From Oscillospiraceae bacterium (GTDB taxonomy: Bacteria > Bacillota > Clostridia > Oscillospirales > CAG-272), in the NCBI GenBank assembly GCA_015064585.1, contig SVRY01000001.1, positions 61,558-125,557 on the forward strand: a stretch of 64,000 nucleotides of DNA, given 5' to 3'. The position numbers and the translations under genes were made by a program. The notes under the pieces are model-generated. The model was not told the DNA's origin and made no database searches. It saw only the letters and a list, made by a program, of their open reading frames with translations. Positions 45,586 through 54,499 of this stretch are shown here, in pieces (positions within the stretch are counted from its first letter, which is position 1; every line of letters begins with the position of its first letter).

Positions 45586-47220
45586 ATGAACAATAGTGTT
45601 AAAAAAGGTAAAAATTATCTCAGCACACAGGTAAAGGCGATCATTGTTTTTGTGGTGATGATTGTTGTGTTTGTTCCGTTATGGTTCTTTGTGCTAAAAC
45701 CGGAAGAAACGCCGACACAAACGAATAAACAGCCCAGCGTTGATTACAGTTTGTATGACCACGCGGTATATATCGGAACCAATGAAACGGTAAAAGAAAT
45801 CGCTTCCGACAATGTGGAAAGCATTCACATGACAAAGGACGGTACGACTTGGGGCTTTGTTTATGACTATACCGACGAAACGTTTTACCTTGACGGGTAC
45901 GGCAAGAAAATCGCTTATGACACCATGTCCTTTGGTTATATCAATTATTTTTGCTATTCCGGAAGTGCTCTCAAATTAATTGCGGAAGATGTCAAGGATC
46001 TTGGACGCTACGGACTTGCTTCCGATTCGGAAAATCTTCTGACGCTGCATGTGAAGACCAGAGACGGAAAAGAAGTGGAAGTTTTGGTGGGGGATCAAAT
46101 GGTGGATACCAGCGGTTACTATGCTACAACCGCAGGCAATGATAAGGTTTATTCCATAAATTCCATGACATATGGCTATATCAGTTGTTCCGAATATGAT
46201 ATTATGAGCCTTCGTATTACCAATCCTTTCACCGAAAGTGAGTATACTCCTAATAGTTTTGTGATCTATCACGGAAGTGAGAAGTTTGTGGAATTGAAGA
46301 GTTTTGATGTAAACGAAGCAACCGATATGGAATATGTCAAAACTACGCAGGTAATCTATCCTACCGCATATATTCCTTTTTCCGCCAGCAACGCGTACTC
46401 CAATATGACATATACGTATCTCAGAAGTGTCATAAACGGTGAGCGTGTAGTGGCGGCAGAAAAGGAAAATGAAACCTTTGATGAGGCATATCTGAAGGAA
46501 ACCTTCGGTATCGATGCCAATGATCCTAACTGCATGCGATTGGTTTATAACCATGAATTTGAGGATGTGGGTCTGATCGAAAACGATGTGCTGTTCAGTG
46601 CCAAAGACAAAGACGGTTATTATTATGCCTATAATTTGGCGTTGGGAACCGTTGTTAAAATCAAGGCGTCCAGTATACCGTTTATGGAATGGGATGCCGA
46701 GCAGTATATGGAGCCGGCAGTATATTTGCAGAGTATCAATACTGTAAAAGAATTGATCATTAACAGTACAGGACTGCAGGATTATTATGTGAAAGACGGT
46801 CACCATAGTCTGAATGAAAAGTTTGTTTCCAATGCGCCCCTGGAAGCTGATTCAGCTACTTTGGAAGTGAAACGAGGCGACGGCAGTGCGTTGCCGCAGG
46901 TTTATAAGGATGGGGCTCTTTACAGAACGGGACTGGATAACTACCGTTATCTGTTCTTGGCACTTCAATCCATCGATATTCACGAAAAAATGAATGAAGA
47001 TGACATCAAGGATAAAAACATTGATTTGAATGCCCCCGGTGTGACGGTTACCATCGTAACCCGTTCCGGCTCGGAGCATGTTCTGAGATTCTATTATTAT
47101 GGCTCCAGCGGTGCATATTTCACTTATAACGGTGAAGGCGGCTACAGCGTTCCGCAAAGTTCTATCAAGAAAATGCTGACCGCTTGCTATAATGTTTGCA
47201 ACGGTATTTTGGTTGCATAA
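45586..47220 (+). CDS. DUF4340-like extracytoplasmic protein, N-terminally anchored
   Basis: 544 aa with a single N-terminal TM (AIIVFVVMIVVFVPLWFFVL). It is the usual fourth gene of this module. The family name is not verified. Confidence 0.6.
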   Translation: MNNSVKKGKNYLSTQVKAIIVFVVMIVVFVPLWFFVLKPEETPTQTNKQPSVDYSLYDHAVYIGTNETVKEIASDNVESIHMTKDGTTWGFVYDYTDETFYLDGYGKKIAYDTMSFGYINYFCYSGSALKLIAEDVKDLGRYGLASDSENLLTLHVKTRDGKEVEVLVGDQMVDTSGYYATTAGNDKVYSINSMTYGYISCSEYDIMSLRITNPFTESEYTPNSFVIYHGSEKFVELKSFDVNEATDMEYVKTTQVIYPTAYIPFSASNAYSNMTYTYLRSVINGERVVAAEKENETFDEAYLKETFGIDANDPNCMRLVYNHEFEDVGLIENDVLFSAKDKDGYYYAYNLALGTVVKIKASSIPFMEWDAEQYMEPAVYLQSINTVKELIINSTGLQDYYVKDGHHSLNEKFVSNAPLEADSATLEVKRGDGSALPQVYKDGALYRTGLDNYRYLFLALQSIDIHEKMNEDDIKDKNIDLNAPGVTVTIVTRSGSEHVLRFYYYGSSGAYFTYNGEGGYSVPQSSIKKMLTACYNVCNGILVA

Positions 47221-47281
47221 GAAAAATACAACGAAGAGAGAGGGTGTAAACCGTTCTCTCTTCGCTTGATTTGAGGGTTAT

Positions 47282-48253
47282 ATGAAAAAAATAGTTTCGA
47301 TGTTATTGGTTGTTTTGACGTTTTGCGGTCTTGTTGCCTGCGGGGGCAGCAAATACGCCCATGGAAGTGAAAAAATCGTTTTGAAATTGGGCGATCATAA
47401 GGTGAGCGAAGAGGTGTATCGCTATTTCTTGCTGAATACCATGGACGAAATGGCAAACGGCGATAATAACTATTTCCAAGGAGCAGATAGAGAGGAAAAG
47501 CTGTCCCAACTGGAGAAGACGGTGCTGGGACATCTCAAGCAGTTTTATTCGGTACTGGATCTGGCAGATGAATGTGATATTGAAATGTCTGAGAAAGAAT
47601 TAGAGGCAATTGATGAGACAATGGAAGCGTTGCGTGCCGATTTTGAGTCGCCGGAGAAGTATCAGGAAGAATTGCAGGCGGCGTATCTTTCGGAATACAT
47701 GGCATATTCTTTGATCTATAACGAAAGTTTGCAGACAGCATTGTATAATACAATGTCGCAGACCGGAAAGTATTTTTCGGTGGACGGAAACGATATTTTG
47801 GCATACGCTAAGGAGAATTTTTTGTTTTGCCGTCAGTTTGTCGTAAAAACAGACGACCCTGCAACCGATGAGGAAGCAATGGAAAAGGCGCAGACGATTC
47901 ACGACAGACTCTCACAAGGCGAAGATCCCGCCGACGTACTCAAGGAATATGAGAGCGACGACACTGTTATTGGGGCGTATTATTGTTTTGCCGAAACCGA
48001 AGACTTTGCGGGGCTGAATGAAGAAGCTGTACAGGAACTGAAAGAGGGAGAGATTTCAGATATCCGCATGGACGGCTATGGTTTCCATATCATTATTCGT
48101 ATGAAGCCAGACACGGAATATCTGGAAGATAATCTTTCCGACGGTGTGTTTGAATCTTACTGTATGCATCAAATGAATTTGAGACTGGAGAAGATTCAAA
48201 AAGAATATACTGTAACTTATAAGAATAAGCAGGAACCCGAAGCATATCGGTGA
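47282..48253 (+). CDS. Lipoprotein with parvulin-type peptidyl-prolyl isomerase domain (PrsA-like)
   Basis: 323 aa. Lipobox LTFCGLVAC; C-terminal PPIC-like stretch (FCRQFVV...ISDIRMDGYGFHIIIRM). Confidence 0.65.
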   Translation: MKKIVSMLLVVLTFCGLVACGGSKYAHGSEKIVLKLGDHKVSEEVYRYFLLNTMDEMANGDNNYFQGADREEKLSQLEKTVLGHLKQFYSVLDLADECDIEMSEKELEAIDETMEALRADFESPEKYQEELQAAYLSEYMAYSLIYNESLQTALYNTMSQTGKYFSVDGNDILAYAKENFLFCRQFVVKTDDPATDEEAMEKAQTIHDRLSQGEDPADVLKEYESDDTVIGAYYCFAETEDFAGLNEEAVQELKEGEISDIRMDGYGFHIIIRMKPDTEYLEDNLSDGVFESYCMHQMNLRLEKIQKEYTVTYKNKQEPEAYR

Positions 48254-48257
48254 TTGA

Positions 48258-48303
48258 GAAAAGGAAGTTTGGGATCGCGTAGGATCTAAAACTTCCTTTT
48301 TGG
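48258..48303. terminator. Bidirectional terminator between convergent genes
   Basis: GAAAAGGAAGTT, loop, AACTTCCTTTTT. Confidence 0.7.
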
Positions 48304-48334
48304 TTTAAAGAATTCTGTGATAACAAGTATTTGT

Positions 48335-49678
48335 TTACTCAATGACCACGCAGCATTCCGTAATGCCGTAATATTGAAAGAGACGGATGGCGTTTTGGTC
48401 AATGCGCTGTCCCATGATAACGATCGGAACCGCGGGCGGGCAGGCTATGTTGGCAGATGCCAATATTCTGCCGCATGCTTGCGCCAGTGAAACAGTTTCG
48501 CTGGCGCATAACATAGCATCTTTGGGAGCCATTGCTGTTTCGGGAGTGAAAAGAGTGGGAAGCACCGGTCGCAGGGGGGCTTTGGGGGGGATTTGGCAGA
48601 TGGTTTTTGCAAGATCGGCAAGGCTTGCTTCTTCGATTGCAGGACTTAGCATCAAAACGACCACATCCGGATCACAGAATTCGCATTCCATGCCCTGTTT
48701 TCTTAGAATGGCGGCAAATTCGATGCCGGTGTATCCATATTCTCTTGTGAGAATGGTCAGTTTTAGCGGTTCATTGCCCAAAAGAGTAAAACCAAATCGG
48801 GACAGCTTTTCTTTAACAGCTTGGATTTTGGGGACAAAACTTTGCAGTTTTTTAGGATAACACTTTGCCAATGAGCGGTTTGCCAGATCCAATGACTGCA
48901 ATATCAGATAGGAAGGGCTGGTGGAACCAAACAGCGAAAGTGCGTTTTTGGCGTTTGTTACAAAAAAATCAGGGGCATTTTGTGAAATGTGCAGATAAGC
49001 GCCTCCGGTCAGCACCGGGAGCGTTTTGTGTGCAGAGTCACAGCAGAGATCTGCGCCCAGATCCATGGGATGCCAAGAGGGATAAAGGAATCGCAGGTAG
49101 GCACCGTGGGCGTTATCGACAAGCAAAAGCACGCCATGTGCGTGGCACACTTTTGAGAGCGTGGCTATATCGGCAATATTTCCCAAATAATCCGGGGAAG
49201 TAATGTACACTGCGGTGGGCAAAGTGTCACAGCCATTCAGATAGTCGGCAAGTGAGCTTGCATTTATTGTACAGGCAAGATAGCTTTCACTGAGAGCGGA
49301 TGGCAGATAATCCACCTCTATGTCCAGTAGTGCTGAAGCTGTAACAAAGGTTTTGTGGGCATTGCGGCAGGCGGCAATGACCGCCTTTTTTTTGTTTTGT
49401 GCGGCATACAGTTTTATAAGCCAAAGCATACCGCGGATACAAAGAGAGGATCCTTCGGTGGAAAAGAATGTGGCTTTTGTGCCAAACAGTTTTGCGGCGT
49501 TTTGTTCGCTTTCTTGAATGATCCCCCCCGCCTCGTATAAACTGTCAGCACCCGGGATTTCGGTGATGTCCCTTGCTTCAATGCCAAGCGGACCATTTCC
49601 CTTGTGCCCCGGCATATGAAGCCGTAAAGCGTTTTTTTGACAGTAGAGGTCAATATAGTCGGAAATCGGCGTATTCAT
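48335..49678 (-). CDS. Orn/Lys/Arg decarboxylase-family PLP-dependent enzyme (YaaO-like)
   Basis: 447 aa: LHMPGHKG..., SLYEAGG, STSPSY, DSAHKTLP (PLP lysine). Its ATG overlaps the stop of the SCIFF maturase (ATGA at 49675-49678). Confidence 0.8.
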   Translation of the reverse strand: MNTPISDYIDLYCQKNALRLHMPGHKGNGPLGIEARDITEIPGADSLYEAGGIIQESEQNAAKLFGTKATFFSTEGSSLCIRGMLWLIKLYAAQNKKKAVIAACRNAHKTFVTASALLDIEVDYLPSALSESYLACTINASSLADYLNGCDTLPTAVYITSPDYLGNIADIATLSKVCHAHGVLLLVDNAHGAYLRFLYPSWHPMDLGADLCCDSAHKTLPVLTGGAYLHISQNAPDFFVTNAKNALSLFGSTSPSYLILQSLDLANRSLAKCYPKKLQSFVPKIQAVKEKLSRFGFTLLGNEPLKLTILTREYGYTGIEFAAILRKQGMECEFCDPDVVVLMLSPAIEEASLADLAKTICQIPPKAPLRPVLPTLFTPETAMAPKDAMLCASETVSLAQACGRILASANIACPPAVPIVIMGQRIDQNAIRLFQYYGITECCVVIE

Positions 49679-51051
49679 TCTTCGCCGCCCATTTCACGGG
49701 CAATCGCTACCATGATGGCGCATTCCATTCGTTTGCGAAAGAGCTCGCAACCGCTTTGATAAATACCTTTAACGCTGCCTGTGGCGTGGTAAGCGTTGGC
49801 GGCACATCCGCCGGAACAGTACAGTCTTGCCCAGCAGTCACGGCATTCGGGGCGGGTATAAACATTGCATTCTGCAAATTCGCATTGGGCGCATTTGTTG
49901 GTAATACCCTGCCAAATGTCACCCAAACGGTATTTTTCTTCGCCTACGAACTGATGGCAGGGGTACAGATCCCCCCAAGGAGTGACAGCCATATATTCAG
50001 TGCCCGAACCGCAACCCGAAACACGCTTATAGATACAGGGACCGCCTGTGAGGTCGATCATGTAATGATAGAAAGTGAAGGGTTTTCCTTCTTTGTCGCG
50101 TTGCAGCATGAGCATTGCCAGATCTTCGTACTGTCCCTTGACAATTTCCATATCCTCAGGGGTCAATTCGGAAGGATCGCCCGGCGCACAAACTACCGGT
50201 TCCATGCTCAGTTCGGTAAAGCCAAGGTCAAGCATTTGTTGGATATCGGCAAGAAAATCGGGGTTGGCATGGGTAAACGTGCCGCGCATATAGTAATTTT
50301 TGCCGTTGCGTGCCTCTACTAACTTTTGGAATAACGGAACGATGCGCTCCCAACTGCCCTTTCCGGCATAATCCACGCGGAAACGGTCGTGAATTTCTTT
50401 TCTGCCGTCCAGGCTGAGTACCACATTGCTCATTTCGCGATTGGCAAAATCGATAACATCTTCATCAATCAGCATGCCGTTTGTGGTTAAGGTGAAGCGG
50501 AAATTTTTGTTGTGTTCTTTCTCAATGCTGCGGGCATAGGCAACCAGCTCTTTGATCATGTCGAGATTCATCAGCGGCTCTCCGCCAAAGAAGTCAACTT
50601 CCAGGTTGCGGCGCGTGCCGGAATTTTCAATAAGAAAATCCAGCGCTCTTTTTCCCACTTCCGGCGACATGATAGCGCGTTCTCCATGGTATTTGCCTTG
50701 GCTGGCAAAGCAATAGGAGCAGTTGAGGTTGCAGGTGTGGGCAACATGCAGGCAGAGCGCTTTGACCACCGATGCGTTTTTTTCTTTCAGCTTGCCCGCG
50801 AGCGGCGCAAAAGTATCTTGAGCGAACAGCTTGCCCATGTCGCGCAGTTCTTCGATCTGGCTATAGCATTCGGCAATTTCTTCTTCGGTGCAGGCAGGAT
50901 ATTTTTCTTTCATGGAGGCATAGATCGTGCTGCGATCGTTGGATTCGTACATGGCGATAATATCATACGCCACATCGTCCACAACGTGAACGGAACCGGA
51001 ACATACATCCAAAACAATGTTGTATCCGCCGAGTTTATATTGATGTATCAT
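49675..51051 (-). CDS. scfB: Radical SAM/SPASM thioether cross-link-forming SCIFF peptide maturase
   Basis: 458 aa. CX3CX2C (AHTCNLNCSYC) and a C-terminal SPASM Cys clusters (CGSGTEY...CHQF...CAQCEFAEC...CRDCWARLYCSGGC). Directly downstream of a SCIFF precursor. Confidence 0.9.
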   Translation of the reverse strand: MIHQYKLGGYNIVLDVCSGSVHVVDDVAYDIIAMYESNDRSTIYASMKEKYPACTEEEIAECYSQIEELRDMGKLFAQDTFAPLAGKLKEKNASVVKALCLHVAHTCNLNCSYCFASQGKYHGERAIMSPEVGKRALDFLIENSGTRRNLEVDFFGGEPLMNLDMIKELVAYARSIEKEHNKNFRFTLTTNGMLIDEDVIDFANREMSNVVLSLDGRKEIHDRFRVDYAGKGSWERIVPLFQKLVEARNGKNYYMRGTFTHANPDFLADIQQMLDLGFTELSMEPVVCAPGDPSELTPEDMEIVKGQYEDLAMLMLQRDKEGKPFTFYHYMIDLTGGPCIYKRVSGCGSGTEYMAVTPWGDLYPCHQFVGEEKYRLGDIWQGITNKCAQCEFAECNVYTRPECRDCWARLYCSGGCAANAYHATGSVKGIYQSGCELFRKRMECAIMVAIAREMGGEE

Positions 51052-51100
51052 GATATTTGTTTCTCCGATATTGTGATTAGAAATTTTTATGTTTCAAACC

Positions 51101-51143
51101 AAAAGGGCTGCCGCAAACCCGAAATTTGCACACAGCCCTTTTT
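51101..51143 (-). terminator. Hairpin between precursor and maturase genes (possible partial terminator/attenuator)
   Basis: AAAAGGGCTG (51101-51110) pairs with CAGCCCTTTT (51133-51142). On the minus strand it is followed by TTTTGGTTTG. Confidence 0.45.
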
Positions 51144-51156
51144 GGACGATTGATTC

Positions 51157-51306
51157 TTACTTCTTTTCGGTGTTTTCGCACTGCTGATTTGCGATGCCGC
51201 AGCTGGTCTTGCAAGCAGACTGGCAAGAGGTCTGGCATTCGCCGCAACCGCCGTTCTTTGCGCTTTCGCACAGGTTACGAGTGGCGAGAGTCTTGATGTG
51301 TTTCAT
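51157..51306 (-). CDS. scfA: SCIFF (six-cysteines-in-forty-five) ranthipeptide precursor, 49 aa; absent from the ORF track
   Basis: Manual translation gives MKHIKTLATRNLCESAKNGGCGECQTSCQSACKTSCGIANQQCENTEKK. GGAGGA RBS 8 nt upstream of ATG 51306, TAA stop at 51157-51159. The GGCGECQTSCQSACKTSC core is the SCIFF hallmark. Confidence 0.9.
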   Translation of the reverse strand: MKHIKTLATRNLCESAKNGGCGECQTSCQSACKTSCGIANQQCENTEKK

Positions 51307-51343
51307 TGTGGTATCCTCCGTCGGAACTTAAATACTTTATATC

Positions 51344-51372
51344 AGTTTAGCACACTTTTATGCCAAAGTCAA
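51344..51372 (-). promoter_or_regulatory. Sigma-A type promoter candidate for the SCIFF operon
   Basis: The minus strand reads TTGACT, 17 nt, TAAACT, about 35 nt upstream of the scfA ATG. Confidence 0.55.
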
Positions 51373-51402
51373 GACAGCAGCGAAAAAAAACGTTATTTGC
51401 GC

Positions 51403-52284
51403 TTATAATAAGTCGGCAGCTTCCATTTCTCTTTCCAGAAGCCGTTTGGTTTCTTCGCTTGGTTCGGTCAGCGGCAATCGCCAGTCTGCCCGACAGAACC
51501 CCAGTCTGGAAAGCGCCCATTTGACAGGGATGGGGTTGGTTTGCGAAAACAGCGCATCAACAAGCGGCAGAATTGACAGTTGTATTTTGGCTGCTTTGGC
51601 CGTATCGCCCGCTTCTGCGGCCTCAGTCATGGCTTGGATACGTGCGGGCATCAGATTGGAGATGACAGAAATGCAGCCCATCCCTCCAATGGACATAAGC
51701 GGAACGATGCTGTCGTCATTTCCGCTGTAGACAGGGATATCGGAGGCGTTTAAATAACGGGCGCTCATGGCAATGTCGCCGCCGGCATCTTTTAGCCCTA
51801 CAATGTTTGGCAGAGCGGAAAGGCGCTTCCATAGATCAGCAGCTATCCTGATGCCGGTGCGTCCGGGCACTTGATAGACAATGATGGGCAGATCGGTGGC
51901 TCGGGACAGTGCTTTATAATGCTGATACAGTCCCTCGGCGGACGGCTTGTTATAATAGGGGGTGACTGCTAAAATGCCGTGCACACCGCTTGCTGATGCC
52001 ATATGTGTAAGCGCGAGAGAGCCCATTGTGTCACAGGTGCCGCATCCCGCAATGAGCGTGGCGTGATTTCCGTATTCTGCCCCGGCAAAAGAAAACAGGG
52101 ATTGCTTTTCCGAGGGGGTGAGCGTTGCGCTTTCACCTGTTGTACCGCAGAGAACGATGGTTTTTACCCCGCCTTCCAGTTGATATTCAATCAGACGGGA
52201 TAACGCGGCAAAGTCGATTTTTCCGTTTGTAAAAGGAGTGATCAGCGCGGTGGCTGTTTGGTGAAATAAGGGTGTGTTTTTCAT
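51403..52284 (-). CDS. dapA: 4-hydroxy-tetrahydrodipicolinate synthase
   Basis: 293 aa: ALITPF...GTTGESATLT...YNKP...and the active-site region GLKDAGG. Confidence 0.92.
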   Translation of the reverse strand: MKNTPLFHQTATALITPFTNGKIDFAALSRLIEYQLEGGVKTIVLCGTTGESATLTPSEKQSLFSFAGAEYGNHATLIAGCGTCDTMGSLALTHMASASGVHGILAVTPYYNKPSAEGLYQHYKALSRATDLPIIVYQVPGRTGIRIAADLWKRLSALPNIVGLKDAGGDIAMSARYLNASDIPVYSGNDDSIVPLMSIGGMGCISVISNLMPARIQAMTEAAEAGDTAKAAKIQLSILPLVDALFSQTNPIPVKWALSRLGFCRADWRLPLTEPSEETKRLLEREMEAADLL

Positions 52285-52343
52285 ATTGTCTCCTGTATTC
52301 TCAAAATGAAATTCGGTTTTTGTTAATAAAATTAAAAAAACAG

Positions 52344-52372
52344 TTGCATTACGGGAAAATTTATATTATAAT
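52344..52372 (+). promoter_or_regulatory. Sigma-A type promoter candidate for queA
   Basis: TTGCAT (52344-52349), 17 nt, TATAAT (52367-52372). Confidence 0.55.
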
Positions 52373-52468
52373 GAAAAGTGATAGTTATTTTTACTCATGG
52401 TGTGTATGCAAATGACAGCAACTGCCAAGGATAGGAAGGACGGCGGAAAAACTGCCGGGTTAAAAAGT

Positions 52469-53533
52469 ATGATCGTCAATAACAGACCCCAAACAACGCT
52501 TTCCACAAAGGATTTTTACTATGATCTACCGGAATCACAAATTGCGCAAACGCCGGCAGAGCCCAGAGACAGTTCTCGTTTGTTGGTGGTAGATGCAAAG
52601 ACCGGCGAAACCCAAGATCGGATCTTTCGGGATATTGTTGATTATTTACATCCGGGAGACACGCTGGTGGTAAATGATTCCAAGGTGATTCCCGCAAGAT
52701 TGTATGGCGTGAAAGCCGACAGCGGTATTGAATGCGAGGTCGTATTGCTTCGCATGCGTGAAGCGGATGTATGGGAATGTCTGGTGCGTCCCGGCAGAAG
52801 ATTAAAGCCCGGTGCTATCATTGTATTCGGAAATGGGCTTTGCCGTGCCACTGTGAATGAAACAGTGGAGGGTGGAAATCGATTGCTTTCGTTTGTATAC
52901 GATAAAGAAAAATGGAATTTTTATACTTTGCTTGACGAGATCGGTCAGATGCCGCTGCCGCCGTATATTACTGAAAAATTGCGGGATAAAGATCGCTATC
53001 AGACTATATATGCCAACGAAGAAGGATCTGCGGCTGCTCCCACAGCGGGACTGCATTTTACCAATGAACTTCTTGATAAGATTCGTCAAATGGATGTTGC
53101 GGTGGTGCCGGTCATGCTGCATGTGGGTTTGGGAACCTTCAGACCCGTTAAAGTTGAAAGTATCACCGATCACGAAATGCACAGCGAGTATTTTGTGGTA
53201 AGTGAAGCGGCAGCCAGAACCATCAATGAAAGACGCAGGGCGGGTGGTAGGACTATTTGTGTGGGTACCACTTCTTGCCGTACACTGGAAAGCGCTGCTG
53301 ATGAGAACGGTATGGTGCACGCAATGCAGGGAGATACCGGCATCTTTATTTATCCGGGCTACCGATTCAAAGCGATGGATGCTTTGATTACAAATTTCCA
53401 TCTGCCCGAGAGCACGCTTTTGATGTTGGTGTCGGCTTTTTCCAGCCGAGAAATCATGCTGAACACATACAATGAAGCTGTTGAGAAAGGCTATCGGTTC
53501 TTCTCCTTCGGAGATGCGATGTTTATTTCGTGA
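52469..53533 (+). CDS. queA: S-adenosylmethionine:tRNA ribosyltransferase-isomerase
   Basis: DFYYDLPESQIAQTPAEPRDSSRLL...PLPPYI...TAGLHFT...VGTTSCRTLES. The start is uncertain: ATG 52469 best matches QueA N-termini but has a poor RBS, and the track start is 52397. Confidence 0.88.
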   Translation: MIVNNRPQTTLSTKDFYYDLPESQIAQTPAEPRDSSRLLVVDAKTGETQDRIFRDIVDYLHPGDTLVVNDSKVIPARLYGVKADSGIECEVVLLRMREADVWECLVRPGRRLKPGAIIVFGNGLCRATVNETVEGGNRLLSFVYDKEKWNFYTLLDEIGQMPLPPYITEKLRDKDRYQTIYANEEGSAAAPTAGLHFTNELLDKIRQMDVAVVPVMLHVGLGTFRPVKVESITDHEMHSEYFVVSEAAARTINERRRAGGRTICVGTTSCRTLESAADENGMVHAMQGDTGIFIYPGYRFKAMDALITNFHLPESTLLMLVSAFSSREIMLNTYNEAVEKGYRFFSFGDAMFIS

Positions 53534-53555
53534 GAATTCTGTGTAGGTAGTTTAT

Positions 53556-54479
53556 ATGACCGATCAAAAGATTAAAGTTATAGGCGTAGTAGGTCCTACT
53601 GCGTCGGGAAAGAGTTCGCTGGCTTTGATGCTTGCCAAAGAACTGGACGGTGAGATTGTATCCTGTGATTCCATGCAGATCTATCGCGGCATGGATATCG
53701 GAACCGCCAAAGCATCCAAGATCGAGCAGAATGAAATAAAACACCATATGATCGATATTGCCGATCCCGATGAAAATTGGTCGCTTGTGGATTTTGCCGC
53801 AGCTGCACATCGGTGCATTGCCGATATTGCGGCAAGAGGAAAACTTCCTGTTTTGTGCGGGGGAACCGGCCTGTATATGGATAATATATTATTCGATACC
53901 GCACTTTCCGAAGCGCCGGGAGATCCTTCTTATCGGCAGAGCCTTTGTGCATTGTCCTGTGAAGATTTACATGCAATGCTTTTAAAGGTTGATGATGCAT
54001 CTGCTCGGGCGATCCACCCGAATAACCGACGAAGAGTGATCAGAGCGCTTGAGATCTACCATGCCACCGGAAAAACGAAAACAGAGTGGGATGCAGCGTC
54101 CCGGGTGAAGATATCGCGGTATGAATCCATCTTACTGGGATTGCGCGCCTCTGATCGGGCATATTTGTATGAACGCATTGAAAGGCGTGTGGATGAAATG
54201 GTCGCAAACGGACTCATCAAAGAGGTGAATCGCCTTGCTCCCAATTTGGGAGGTACTGCTGCCCAAGCCATCGGATATAAGGAGATTCTTTGCGGGATTA
54301 GGGGGCAATGCACTATGGAACAGGCAATTTCTGATTTGAAAACTGCCACCAAACGCTATGCAAAACGGCAAATGACATGGTTTCAAAACAATCCGTCTAT
54401 ACATTGGTTGGATATTTGCGGCAGCACACAAGAGACGCTTTTAGCCGAAAGCCGGATGTTACTGAAGGATTTTCTGTAA
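53556..54479 (+). CDS. miaA: tRNA dimethylallyltransferase
   Basis: 307 aa: VVGPTASGKSSLA...SCDSMQIYRGMDIGTAK...HHMID. Confidence 0.92.
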   Translation: MTDQKIKVIGVVGPTASGKSSLALMLAKELDGEIVSCDSMQIYRGMDIGTAKASKIEQNEIKHHMIDIADPDENWSLVDFAAAAHRCIADIAARGKLPVLCGGTGLYMDNILFDTALSEAPGDPSYRQSLCALSCEDLHAMLLKVDDASARAIHPNNRRRVIRALEIYHATGKTKTEWDAASRVKISRYESILLGLRASDRAYLYERIERRVDEMVANGLIKEVNRLAPNLGGTAAQAIGYKEILCGIRGQCTMEQAISDLKTATKRYAKRQMTWFQNNPSIHWLDICGSTQETLLAESRMLLKDFL

Positions 54480-54499
54480 AAATAGAAAGAGGAGAATGT

